From an uncultured Chloroflexia bacterium (GTDB lineage: Bacteria > Chloroflexota > Chloroflexia > Thermomicrobiales > UBA6265), in the NCBI GenBank assembly GCA_963724295.1, contig CAVRUC010000008.1, positions 224,001 through 288,000 of the forward strand: 64,000 bases of DNA, written 5' to 3'. Below, one piece after another: positions 9,613 to 18,263 of the stretch. Below the pieces are notes generated by a model. It worked only from the letters and a program-made list of their open reading frames with translations. It was not told where the DNA came from and searched no databases. Each line of letters starts with the position of its first letter. The first letter of the stretch is position 1. The translations under genes were made by a program, and so were the position numbers.

Positions 9613-9873
9613 TGCATGAGACGGACTTCGGTCGGTGACCGCTTTGCAGACTCACGCCCCAGCCGTGAAGTTGCCGCGCCACCCGGCCCCTGAAGAGTTT
9701 GCCAAGTTTGCCAACTTCGAGAGTTGTAAAACGTTCACTGGGTGGCATGAGGATCACGCTGAGGCACTTGACCCCTTCCAATTCGTCGGTCGGTGCTTTC
9801 TCCCGCACTTAGGACACGACGACACCGACTGGGGCGCCTACTGAGCCGAGATCGACCGGCGATAAAGACTGCC

Positions 9874-10530
9874 TCATGTGTCCGCACTGCGGGTCCAAGC
9901 TGGTGGGCGGGAGATCTCTCGGCCGTCTGAATCGACAACGACATCTGGGAGTTGGCACTTCTCAAGAAGACGATAATCGAGAGGGCGTGCAAATGAGGCT
10001 GCTTTGGCGAGCCTCTTGGAAACTCGATCGTCAGGACTGATTACGATCAGGCGTACCCCGAACCGCTCGCGGACAATGCGAACAGGCTCGACGAAGTCGG
10101 AGTCATTCGTCATAAGGAGAGCAACCGACATCTGGCCGTCGAATGCGTCGGTAAGCAGATGTGTCGCCAGCGTCACATCTGACCGCTTTTCCTGGCGAAC
10201 CCAAGCGATCTGTCGCGGGTCAACTCCTGGAGGTGCGGAAACGAGTCGCACTTCACGTTTGCTCTTTACGAAGTTCCCCTGACAAATCTCCAGCCCTGGA
10301 AGCGTTGCGAGGGCTCGGAGATATGCATCTTGCCTCGACGCTCGCTGCGGATCTTCTGGCGAGTCACCAACACGTGCCGTGTAGTAACGGATCAGTGCAA
10401 TCTCTTCGTCGGGTAGGAGCGCTTCGGCCAAGGCGCAAAAATCCAACCATTTGAGGTGGTTTCGCTCCGCGCTATGGCGGAAACACATGTGGTAAACAGC
10501 GAATCCGTCGATGTAGACGAATGCTGCCAT
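9874..10530 (-). CDS. NYN-domain (LabA/DUF88-like PIN-fold) putative ribonuclease
   Basis: Motifs VYIDGF, KWLD, IRYYTARV, RQDAYLRAL, EKRSDV.LA.HLL.DA and TNDSDF; SD GAGGTG. Confidence 0.88.
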   Translation of the reverse strand: MAAFVYIDGFAVYHMCFRHSAERNHLKWLDFCALAEALLPDEEIALIRYYTARVGDSPEDPQRASRQDAYLRALATLPGLEICQGNFVKSKREVRLVSAPPGVDPRQIAWVRQEKRSDVTLATHLLTDAFDGQMSVALLMTNDSDFVEPVRIVRERFGVRLIVISPDDRVSKRLAKAASFARPLDYRLLEKCQLPDVVVDSDGREISRPPAWTRSADT

Positions 10531-10546
10531 CAGCCCACCTCAGACC

Positions 10547-10611
10547 AAAAAGAAGAGGGAACGGCCTTGCGGCCGTTCCCTCGGCCTACCACCGAAGCGG
10601 TAGGGGGCTTC
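10547..10611 (-). ncRNA. Putative ~65-nt structured leader or small RNA ending in an intrinsic terminator, upstream of the NYN gene
   Basis: Minus strand: CCUACCGC-UUCG-GUGGUAGG hairpin (10585-10604), then GAGGGAACGGCC-GCAA-GGCCGUUCCCUC hairpin (10555-10582), then UUCUUUUU. Confidence 0.65.
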
Positions 10612-10617
10612 AAATAC

Positions 10618-10647
10618 AGAGTACTCGAACAGCGTACTTTCTGTCAA
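10618..10647 (-). promoter_or_regulatory. Sigma70-type promoter for the leader RNA and NYN gene
   Basis: TTGACA (10647-10642), 18-nt spacer, TACTCT (10623-10618). Confidence 0.6.
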
Positions 10648-10672
10648 GTTGATCGTTCTCAAATTATCCCCC

Positions 10673-12484
10673 TTAGGGAAGGATGACGCTGTCCGGGGCG
10701 CCCGCGCAGCCAGCTGCATGCCAGGCGGCGAAGAACTCTGCCGCGATCTCCGGAGCCACGAACCAGAGCCGGTGACAGGGATGCGGGATCTCAGCCGCTT
10801 GTAACGCGTCCAGCGCCCCGCGCCAGAAGAGTGCTGGGCGGGCGTCGGTCGCGCTTTCGGATGTCGCACCGATGCGATGGATATCGGTAAAGCGATAGAG
10901 ACCAGCGAGATCCAGGCGATAGGTGGCGGCGTGGACGCGCTCGATGTCGTCGCCGACTGCAGGGTCCTCGACCAGCACCGCCCCTCCCCGCTCCCTCGCC
11001 TCCTCATGCCAGTTCACCAACGCGGCGGCCGTGAGCGACTCCCGCGGGGGAGAGAGCGGCGTCTCCATGTCGTCCCGCGCGGCGACCGCTGCCGGGACCA
11101 GCAGCGCACCAGCCAGGACCGGCGCAATCCAGCGCGCCATTTCCAGCTTTCCATCGGCGGCGCGGAGCACAAGCCCGCCAATCGACTCAGCGACTACCCA
11201 CGCTCCAGCCGCGGCGAGCAGCAACCCGAATGGAAGCGCCGGCAGCAAGCGGCCAATGTGCACCCGGGATGTCAGGACCAACGGCAGTGCCAGACCCAGA
11301 AAGAGCACAAGGGGCGTCACCAGTACCGACCGGCCGCCAGATGCGAGCAGCCATCGACGAGCGGTCGAGACGGCCCCGATGACCGCGAACGGAAGGAAGA
11401 ACCAGGGCCAGAAGCGGCCTCGTTCGTTCCAGTAGTCAACCGGCGGCGGACCCGTATCGCGGTCCAGCAGGAGCCTGGCAAGGTCGGCCAGGTTCTGCCC
11501 CACCAGCCGCGCCGCTGCATCCCAGCCGGATGCGACCGAGCTGCTCGTTCGCAGATACTCGCTGGCCGCGGCCGGGTCACCGCTCATGGCCACGAGTTGC
11601 TCTCCTCGCGCGTGGAAATAGCTCATCGCGGCGGCAAGCGGGTCCGGTTCTGGCGCGGCCAAAGCCTCCAGCACCATGGTCGCCATTGGCACCACCAGCG
11701 CGCAAAGAATCGCCGCCCGCAGCAAAACGCCACGCCGCGCCTGGTTACGAATCGCGGCCAGGGCAAGCAGCCCGATCGCCAGCGGCCAGATCAGGCGTAC
11801 CGGCGCGTAAGCGTAGATACCGAGTACCAGTGATGCGGCAAGGAGTCCTTCTCGTCGCCATCGCCAACCCTCATCTGTGCCGGCCTCCAGTACGCGTACC
11901 AGCGCCAGCGCGGAGAGCAGCAGCGGCAGGAGCGATGCGCCGACCAGGGTTGCGGTGCGTCCGTAAAGCAGGAAGACCGACGACGTCGCCATCAGTAGCG
12001 CGGCAAGCGTGGCTGGTCCCGGCCCCAAGATCCTTCGCCCCAGGAGCCACAATACCGGAACGGATACAGCGGCCAGGAGCGCCACCGGAACCCGCATCGC
12101 GTCCAACCCGACTCCTGCCAGGGCTATTCCGATCGCCACGGGCAAGCCCACCAGTGGTCCCTGCCCGCTATCGGTCATCAGCCCGTCGGTCGGCGCCCAG
12201 ATGTCCACCGTGGGACCGGTGGGAGGCTCCCAGTAGGTTGTCCAGCGCCAGGCGGTGTACCCCTCCCAGTTGTAGGCCCAGTCAGGGTGCGCGCCGAACG
12301 GCCAGGGCATGAGGAGAGCCGAGACGGCCAGGAGATAGAGCGCGGTCAGCGTCGGCCAGTCTCCGGTTCGCCGCCAGAGAAACGCGAGCGATCGCAGCCA
12401 GGCTCGCGCGGCCCGCGACGGCAGCGGGAAAAGACCGCTGTCGCTACCGATATGAGCATTCCCTGGTTGCGACCCGGCGACCAC
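10673..12484 (-). CDS. GT-C fold glycosyltransferase (ArnT/PMT, family 39-like) membrane protein
   Basis: Many TM segments; YNWEG loop; AMRVPVALLA..SVPVLWLLGRRI; LLYGRTA. Confidence 0.72.
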   Translation of the reverse strand: MVAGSQPGNAHIGSDSGLFPLPSRAARAWLRSLAFLWRRTGDWPTLTALYLLAVSALLMPWPFGAHPDWAYNWEGYTAWRWTTYWEPPTGPTVDIWAPTDGLMTDSGQGPLVGLPVAIGIALAGVGLDAMRVPVALLAAVSVPVLWLLGRRILGPGPATLAALLMATSSVFLLYGRTATLVGASLLPLLLSALALVRVLEAGTDEGWRWRREGLLAASLVLGIYAYAPVRLIWPLAIGLLALAAIRNQARRGVLLRAAILCALVVPMATMVLEALAAPEPDPLAAAMSYFHARGEQLVAMSGDPAAASEYLRTSSSVASGWDAAARLVGQNLADLARLLLDRDTGPPPVDYWNERGRFWPWFFLPFAVIGAVSTARRWLLASGGRSVLVTPLVLFLGLALPLVLTSRVHIGRLLPALPFGLLLAAAGAWVVAESIGGLVLRAADGKLEMARWIAPVLAGALLVPAAVAARDDMETPLSPPRESLTAAALVNWHEEARERGGAVLVEDPAVGDDIERVHAATYRLDLAGLYRFTDIHRIGATSESATDARPALFWRGALDALQAAEIPHPCHRLWFVAPEIAAEFFAAWHAAGCAGAPDSVILP

Positions 12485-12499
12485 GTCGTTCCCTCGTCC

Positions 12500-13486
12500 T
12501 TAGCCCGCAGCTCGATCCTGCCTGGGAATATCGCCGCGCCGCGAGAGCAGCCGCCGGAACCCGAGCGCCGATAGAACGCTCGGCGATGCCCAGCCGTACC
12601 GCTGGATGATCCCCGCGTCCTCGGTCGCCGCCGCGCCGAGACGTCGCTCGGTGTGGGCCTGGAGGAGATGCGTCACGGCTTCGTCGTCGGCGCCGCCAAG
12701 CATCGCCTCGCGGCAGATCTCCTCGACCTCCGCCAGATTCGGCATCAGCTGTTCGAGATGCGCGGAAACGTCGTCGAACGGCCCACCGTGCGTCAGGTAG
12801 AGACGGCGCGGACCCGCTTGGCGCAGGCGCTCGGTCGAGATCGCCCAGTCGTCTGGCGCAAGATCCGGTGGCGGCGCGGGGGGAAGAGCGTAATCCGCGC
12901 CGGGCATGCGCACCCCGCCGACGTCGCCAGTAAAGACCGCACCCAGATTCGGTTCCCAATACGCGACGTGATGAGACGCATGACCGGGTGAAAAGAGGAC
13001 GCTCAGCACGTGCCCGGCCGCCTCCTGCGTCTCGCCATCGGCGAGCGGAATGACCCGGTCTTCGGGTATCGGCACGACCTCGCTCCAGAGCGCGTCCATG
13101 CGATCGCCGTAGAGTCGACCGGCGGAACTGACCAGTCGTGCGGGATCGATCAGATGTGGCGCGCCGATGGGGTGAACGAAGACCTGCACATCCGGCTGCT
13201 CGCGCACGATCGCCCCGGCGCCGCCGGAATGGTCGAGATGAATGTGGGAGACGAAGATTTTGGTCAGTTGCGCGGGGTCGAATCCCGCCGCCTCGATACC
13301 GGCATAGAGCGCCGGCAGGGTCGAGGCCGGTCCGGTCTCGATCAGCGCCAGCTCGTCCGGACCGGCCAGCAGGTAGGCGTAGACGACACGGTCCCACCCC
13401 TGAAACCCGAGATCGATGGCCCAGACGCGCTCGTCGACCCGTGTCGCCGTGCCACCGCTAAACGTCCCTGGTTCCGCCTGCCACAC
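12500..13486 (-). CDS. MBL-fold metallo-hydrolase
   Basis: Motifs SHIHLDHSGG, SPGHASHH, FTGDVGG and LTHGG. The start is uncertain; GTG 13486 follows GGAG. Confidence 0.88.
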   Translation of the reverse strand: MWQAEPGTFSGGTATRVDERVWAIDLGFQGWDRVVYAYLLAGPDELALIETGPASTLPALYAGIEAAGFDPAQLTKIFVSHIHLDHSGGAGAIVREQPDVQVFVHPIGAPHLIDPARLVSSAGRLYGDRMDALWSEVVPIPEDRVIPLADGETQEAAGHVLSVLFSPGHASHHVAYWEPNLGAVFTGDVGGVRMPGADYALPPAPPPDLAPDDWAISTERLRQAGPRRLYLTHGGPFDDVSAHLEQLMPNLAEVEEICREAMLGGADDEAVTHLLQAHTERRLGAAATEDAGIIQRYGWASPSVLSALGFRRLLSRRGDIPRQDRAAG

Positions 13487-13585
13487 ACCAATCTCCCGGC
13501 CACGCAGTGCAAGCCCCAAGTGTACGTACAGAGTATGGCATTGCCCATGTCCGGCGGGTGCGACAATCAGCCAGAGGAGTGAGCC

Positions 13586-14540
13586 ATGCACATCGTTCCC
13601 GCCACTCAAACCACGTTCGCCTTCCGGCCGGATGCCAACCCGGTGTTGCGCGTGCGTCCGGGCGAGATCGTCCGCTTCGAGACATCGGAGGAACCCGTCG
13701 AGCGCCTCTTTGCCGCCGGACCCCGCTGGACCGAGGCGGTCGACGTGCGCGCCATCAATGCCGTCACCGGGCCGGTCTTCATCGAAGGCGTCGCGCCCGG
13801 CGACGCCGTCTCCGTCGAGGTGCTGGCCATCGAGCCGCGCGACTGGGCCTGGAATGCCGCGATCCCCAGGTTCGGGCTTCTCGACGGTCTCCTTCCGGGG
13901 CCCATGCTGGAGCGACTGCCGATTCAGGACGGCAAGGTGATCGTCTCGGAGCGGGTGCGTCTTCCCCTGCGCCCGATGATCGGCTGCCTGGGGCTGGCGC
14001 CGGCGGAGGGTGAAACCTCAACCCTCTCGCCGGCGATGCCGTGGGCCGGGAATTACGATCTCACCCAGATCGCTCCCGGCGCGACCGTGCTCTTCCCGGC
14101 CCAGGTCCCCGGCGGGCTGTTTTCGCTGGGCGACCTCCACGCGGCGATGGGCGAGCACGAGGCAACGTTCGTTGCCATCGAGTGCGCCGGCGCGGCGACC
14201 GTGCGCCTCGATGTGCGGCGGGGGCTTAAGCCTGGAGACGCCGCGCATCGAGACCGCGGACCGCATCTTCGTCATGGGTCTCAGCCCATGCGGCGACTAC
14301 GGCGCGGCGCGACTCCAGGCCGCGCGCCTCCTCTACGAGCTGCTCACCCGCGAGGCGGGGCTCACGCCGTGGGAGGCATACGCGGTTATCTCGGCCCGCG
14401 GTGATCTGACCCTCGGCGGTCCCACCGGGGCGATCGTCCTGGGCAGCATAGCGAGGTCATGGGTGATGGGTGTCGGGTCATGGGTGACGGGGTCACAGGG
14501 TGGCAGGGTGACAGGGAGAACGAATCCCCCGACACCCTGA
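13586..14540 (+). CDS. Acetamidase/formamidase family protein (apparent frameshift near 14228)
   Basis: Motifs NAVTGPVFIEG..PGD, PMIGCLG, GNYD and SLGDLHAAMGEHE. It continues as ETPRIET... in another frame. Confidence 0.82.
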
Positions 14541-14585
14541 CACCCTGACACCACGAGCGTAGCGAGTAATCACCCCATCACCCTC
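14455..14585. repeat. Second copy of the inverted-arm repeat with core CCACGAGCGTAGCGAGTAATCACCC
   Basis: Left arm of GGGTCAT/GGGTGAC units, right arm (CACCCTGA)n, core at 14551-14575. Confidence 0.78.
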
Positions 14586-14586
14586 G

Positions 14587-15072
14587 TTACGCTATCGCCT
14601 CCTCCTCAGCAGCCGCGCGCCGGACCGGGGTGACGGGCGCAAGCCGCAGCAGGGCCGTCGGGTTGTCGTCGGCGGCAACCCGGTTCTGGCGCTCGATACC
14701 GCAGCCATTGCAACGATGGACCACCATCTGCTCCCCGTCAGGCCGAAAGGCAACGCCTATTGCTGCCATCAACGCTCGACACGGGCTCGATCGATCCCCT
14801 GGCCGCCGCAGATCGACGTGACGTGACGTCAGGCACAAGGGGCAATGATTGCGGTGCCGGCCGCCAGAGACGGTCGGCCCCACGAAGGTGCGGCAGCGGC
14901 CGCATTTGAACGGGTCGCGCTCGTTGCGCCGGGTGCGCGGGCGGAAGGGAATATCCTCCCGCGCTCGGCGTGGCCGCGACCGGGGTTGGCGAGCGAGCGG
15001 ATCTCTCCGCATCGGCGGTAGCGAATCGTCGTCTATCAGATGCGCCAGCTCGTCTGGCGTCAGGCGTGGCAT
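14587..15072 (-). CDS. RNHCP domain-containing protein
   Basis: FKCGRC...HRNHCPLCLTSRHVD...GDR...C..LM...HRCNGCG...NRVAADDN; SD GGAGG before ATG 15072. Confidence 0.9.
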   Translation of the reverse strand: MPRLTPDELAHLIDDDSLPPMRRDPLARQPRSRPRRAREDIPFRPRTRRNERDPFKCGRCRTFVGPTVSGGRHRNHCPLCLTSRHVDLRRPGDRSSPCRALMAAIGVAFRPDGEQMVVHRCNGCGIERQNRVAADDNPTALLRLAPVTPVRRAAAEEEAIA

Positions 15073-15433
15073 GATCGTGTCCTCCGACCGGTGCTGAACG
15101 ATGGGCAGCGTGGTGCGATCGGGACACAAGCGCGGTCTTCACGAAATTCCCTCCAGACTCACGACAGACAGCACGGGACGGACCCCGCGCCGAAGTGGAC
15201 GCCGGTAAGACGAAGGGTTGGAGGTGCCTGAAATGACAGACGGCCCGACATGACCCTCCGGCTCACCAGCGCGGCAAGCCCGAACGCCTGGCGGCGCGGG
15301 AGGGATGACTCAGCCTGGAACCTGGAGAAATCAGCCGGGCACGATCAACTCGGCGGCACGGTCCGCGCGGCAAACCGCGGGAACCGGCCAGGACCGGTCG
15401 CAGTGCGCTCGGCTCAGGAAGGGGGACGAAGGC

Positions 15434-15496
15434 TTAGCGAGCCATCCGAACCGCCGCCGTCGCGGCGCTCGAGCGGAGAACAGTCGCTGTGTGCAT
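15434..15496 (-). CDS. Putative 20-aa leader peptide (uORF) MHTATVLRSSAATAAVRMAR
   Basis: SD GAGGGGAG 6 nt before the ATG; TAA stop. Lies between the promoters and the RNHCP gene. Confidence 0.5.
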   Translation of the reverse strand: MHTATVLRSSAATAAVRMAR

Positions 15497-15552
15497 CAAT
15501 GACTCCCCTCGCGAGGTGGATGATCTCGACTCGTACGGCGCCGGCGGGACTC

Positions 15553-15611
15553 AGCATATCAAAGGCCGCACCGGCGGGACGCAGTCTAGGAGCGCTCTCC
15601 GGATTGGTCAA
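15553..15611 (-). promoter_or_regulatory. Two candidate sigma70 promoters for the uORF/RNHCP transcript
   Basis: TTGACC-17nt-TAGACT (15611-15583) and extended -10 TGaTATGCT (15561-15553). Confidence 0.5.
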
Positions 15612-15740
15612 ATAGAGTTGACTCGTCCTGAATCGAATCATGACGACGACGATCGCGAGTCCCGCCGTGTAATAGAGAAGCAATGAACTTGGTACGCTGA
15701 TTCTTGCCTCGACGCCTCGACTCGATACGGAGATACGCCA

Positions 15741-16697
15741 ATGCCCCTGCTGCTCCTCAGCCAGGAAGACGTCGAGCGACTGCTCGATCCAGCAGCGATG
15801 CTGGAGGCACTCACCCAGGGATTCGCGGAACTGAGCGGGGGAAGCGTCGTGGCGCCGGGGCGCACCGGCATCAACACGCCAGACGGATTCCTGGGCACCA
15901 TGCCCGGCTGGCTCCCCGGCGGACCGATGGGCGTGAAACTCGTCACCGCGTTCCATGGCAACCCCGCGCGTGGACTGCCCGGCCACCAGGCGCTGATCTG
16001 TCTTTTCGATCCGGAGACCGGAACACCGCTGGTCGTCATGGACGGCACCCACATCACCGCCCTGCGCACGGCCGGCGGCGCCACACTGTCGACGCGGCTG
16101 CTGGCCAGAGCGGATGCCCTGACACTGGCCATCATCGGCGGTGGTGTCCAGGGGATCGCCCATGCTCACCTCATGCCGCTGGTGCGCGACGTCATCGATA
16201 TCCGGGTCTGGTCACCCTCGCCGGAGAGCGCGGCACGGGTGGCCGCCGTCGCCACCCGCTCGCAGGTGGTCGATACACCGCAGGAGGCCGTCCGCGACGC
16301 GGATATCGTCTGTCTCTGCACGAGTGCTCAGGAGCCGCCGGTCCGCGCCGAGTGGATCGCGCCCGGGGCGCACGTCACTTCGGTCGGGTTCAATCCGCCG
16401 GGTGGGGAGCTCGATTCGGCGCTGATCGAACGCGGCCGCCTGTTCGTCGAAAGCTACGACGCCTTTGCCCCGCCGCCCGTCGGGTCCGCGGAGCTGCAGG
16501 GGGTCGATCCCTCGATCGGCACGGAGCTGGGTGAAGTGATCCTGGGACGCCGTCCGGGCCGCGAATCTCCCGACCAGATCACCGTCTACAAGTCGATGGG
16601 GCACGCCTTGGAAGACGTCGTCACCGCCACGCTGGTCTACCAGGCCGCGCTGGCGGAAGGCGCGGGTACCCCGTTCATGATGGAGAACCGGCCGTAA
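15741..16697 (+). CDS. Ornithine cyclodeaminase/mu-crystallin family protein
   Basis: Motifs GVKLVT, DGTHITALRTAG, IIGGGVQG, GAHVTSVG and ITVYKSMG.ALED. Confidence 0.9.
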   Translation: MPLLLLSQEDVERLLDPAAMLEALTQGFAELSGGSVVAPGRTGINTPDGFLGTMPGWLPGGPMGVKLVTAFHGNPARGLPGHQALICLFDPETGTPLVVMDGTHITALRTAGGATLSTRLLARADALTLAIIGGGVQGIAHAHLMPLVRDVIDIRVWSPSPESAARVAAVATRSQVVDTPQEAVRDADIVCLCTSAQEPPVRAEWIAPGAHVTSVGFNPPGGELDSALIERGRLFVESYDAFAPPPVGSAELQGVDPSIGTELGEVILGRRPGRESPDQITVYKSMGHALEDVVTATLVYQAALAEGAGTPFMMENRP

Positions 16698-16846
16698 CGA
16701 CACGGATGGTGGCATCCCATCTACACCAACGTTGATGACCAACTCACGGAGCTATTGGAGCAACCAGGCAATATCGTTCCCCAGGCGTCGATGACATTGC
16801 CACGGTTATACACGGGGTGGGGCACGCTCCGAGCGGAGACGCATCT

Positions 16847-16856
16847 TTGTATACAA
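16847..16856. promoter_or_regulatory. Perfect palindrome TTGTATACAA, candidate GntR/FadR operator overlapping a TACAAT -10 box
   Basis: An AT-rich palindrome upstream of the ABC operon that ends in a GntR gene. Confidence 0.55.
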
Positions 16857-17072
16857 TCCCGACGAACGCGATTGCTGAGCCGCAGCATGCTGCCCGGTGG
16901 AGAGCCGCGGAGTGGCACAGCTTCGTGCGACGTTACCGCCGCGAATCGAGCAGCACTCGGCATGAAGGAGGTGCGGGCGCGAAGAGCGAGACGTGAATCG
17001 TCGGTTGTCGGCCCGATCGAACGAGTTGAGGCGCTTGCTTCAAGCGGCTCCGATTGACGGAGGAAGACGTCC

Positions 17073-18072
17073 GTGAATATGGATCGAAGACGATTCCTGA
17101 TTCTGTCCGGTGGCATCGCGGCGATCCCGTCGCTGCGCTGGACGAGCATCCTGGCGCAGGACGCGACGCCGTCGGCCAGCCCGGCCGCGGACCCACGGAG
17201 CATGTTCGGCCCGGTCCAGGGGAATAGTCCTTACAAACTGGCCTACATGCAGGTTTTCCCTGAAAACCAGTTCTGGGTAACGATGAAGGAAGCGGTCGAC
17301 GCCCGCGCCGCGGAAGACGGCGTCACGGTCGACACGTTCGCGCTACCAACCGCCAGCGGCGTGGCAGACCAGGTTAGTCAAATGGAGACCGCCGTCACTC
17401 AGCAGTACGACGGCATCATCCTCGGAACGGTCGATGCGGCGGGCATCGTGCCGGGTATCCAGGCGGCGAATACCGCTGGCATTCCAGTGCTCGCGGTCGA
17501 CACCGCACCGGCCGGAGGCGACTTCATCAGTTTGGTGCAGACCGACAACGTAGCAGCAGCTCGGCTGGCTGGCGAGTTCATCGCCGAGCAGATCGGCGGC
17601 ACAGGCAAGGTCCTCAATCTTCAGGGTGACCTGGCCAACCAGACCGGTCAGGCTCGCAGTGATGGGCTGCACGAAGCACTCGATAAGTACCCCGATATTC
17701 AGGTCATCGACCAGAGCGCGATGTGGCTCCAGGACAAAGGCCTGGCCATCACAGAAAACATCCTGACCTCTGATCCAGACATCGTGGCCATTTTCGCGGC
17801 CAATGACCCGCCGGCGTTAGGCGCCCTCCAGGCGCTCAAGGCAGCGGGCAGGGATGATGTCCTAATCGTCGGATTCGATGGCACGAAAGATGGTCTTGAG
17901 GCGGTCAAGAATGGCGACTTCGCGGCCGACGTGTTGCAGTTCCCGGACGCGATGGGGATCATCGGCGTCGATCTGATGGTCCGCCACCTCAACGGCGAGG
18001 AGATTCCAGAGCGGGTCGATTCCGGCTCCGGACTGGCCACAGCTGAGAACGTCGACCAGTATCTCGGGATAG
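17073..18072 (+). CDS. Sugar (RbsB-like) ABC transporter substrate-binding protein with a Tat-like leader; stop apparently lost through a +1 indel
   Basis: DRRRFL leader; NQFW, GIPVLAVD, TDNVAAA, FAANDPPALG, VGFDG. Removing one G at 18066-18068 gives ...QYLG-TAG. Confidence 0.85.
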
Positions 18073-18263
18073 CGCTGAGGAGCCGAGGCCGAAGCGAATT
18101 TCGCTCGGCTCGACACGTGGGAGAGATCCTTCGGCGGTATGCCTCGGGTGATCGGTCGTGCATTGCCATGAAGGATCTCTCCATCGCGATGGTGCATGCT
18201 CATGAGCCCGTCCGATTTCGCGTTGGGAACGACCAGGATGCAACAATCCTTCCGAGCGGTACG

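Noticed and set aside
10540..10611. Classical type III TA tandem-repeat array or mini-CRISPR
   Set aside because: Only a single unit is present, with no tandem repeats or spacers.
10620..10638. AGTAC-N9-GTACT / GAAC-N3-GTAC as a LexA box at the NYN promoter
   Set aside because: The spacing does not fit GAAC-N4-GTTC-type boxes and the match is too short to support.
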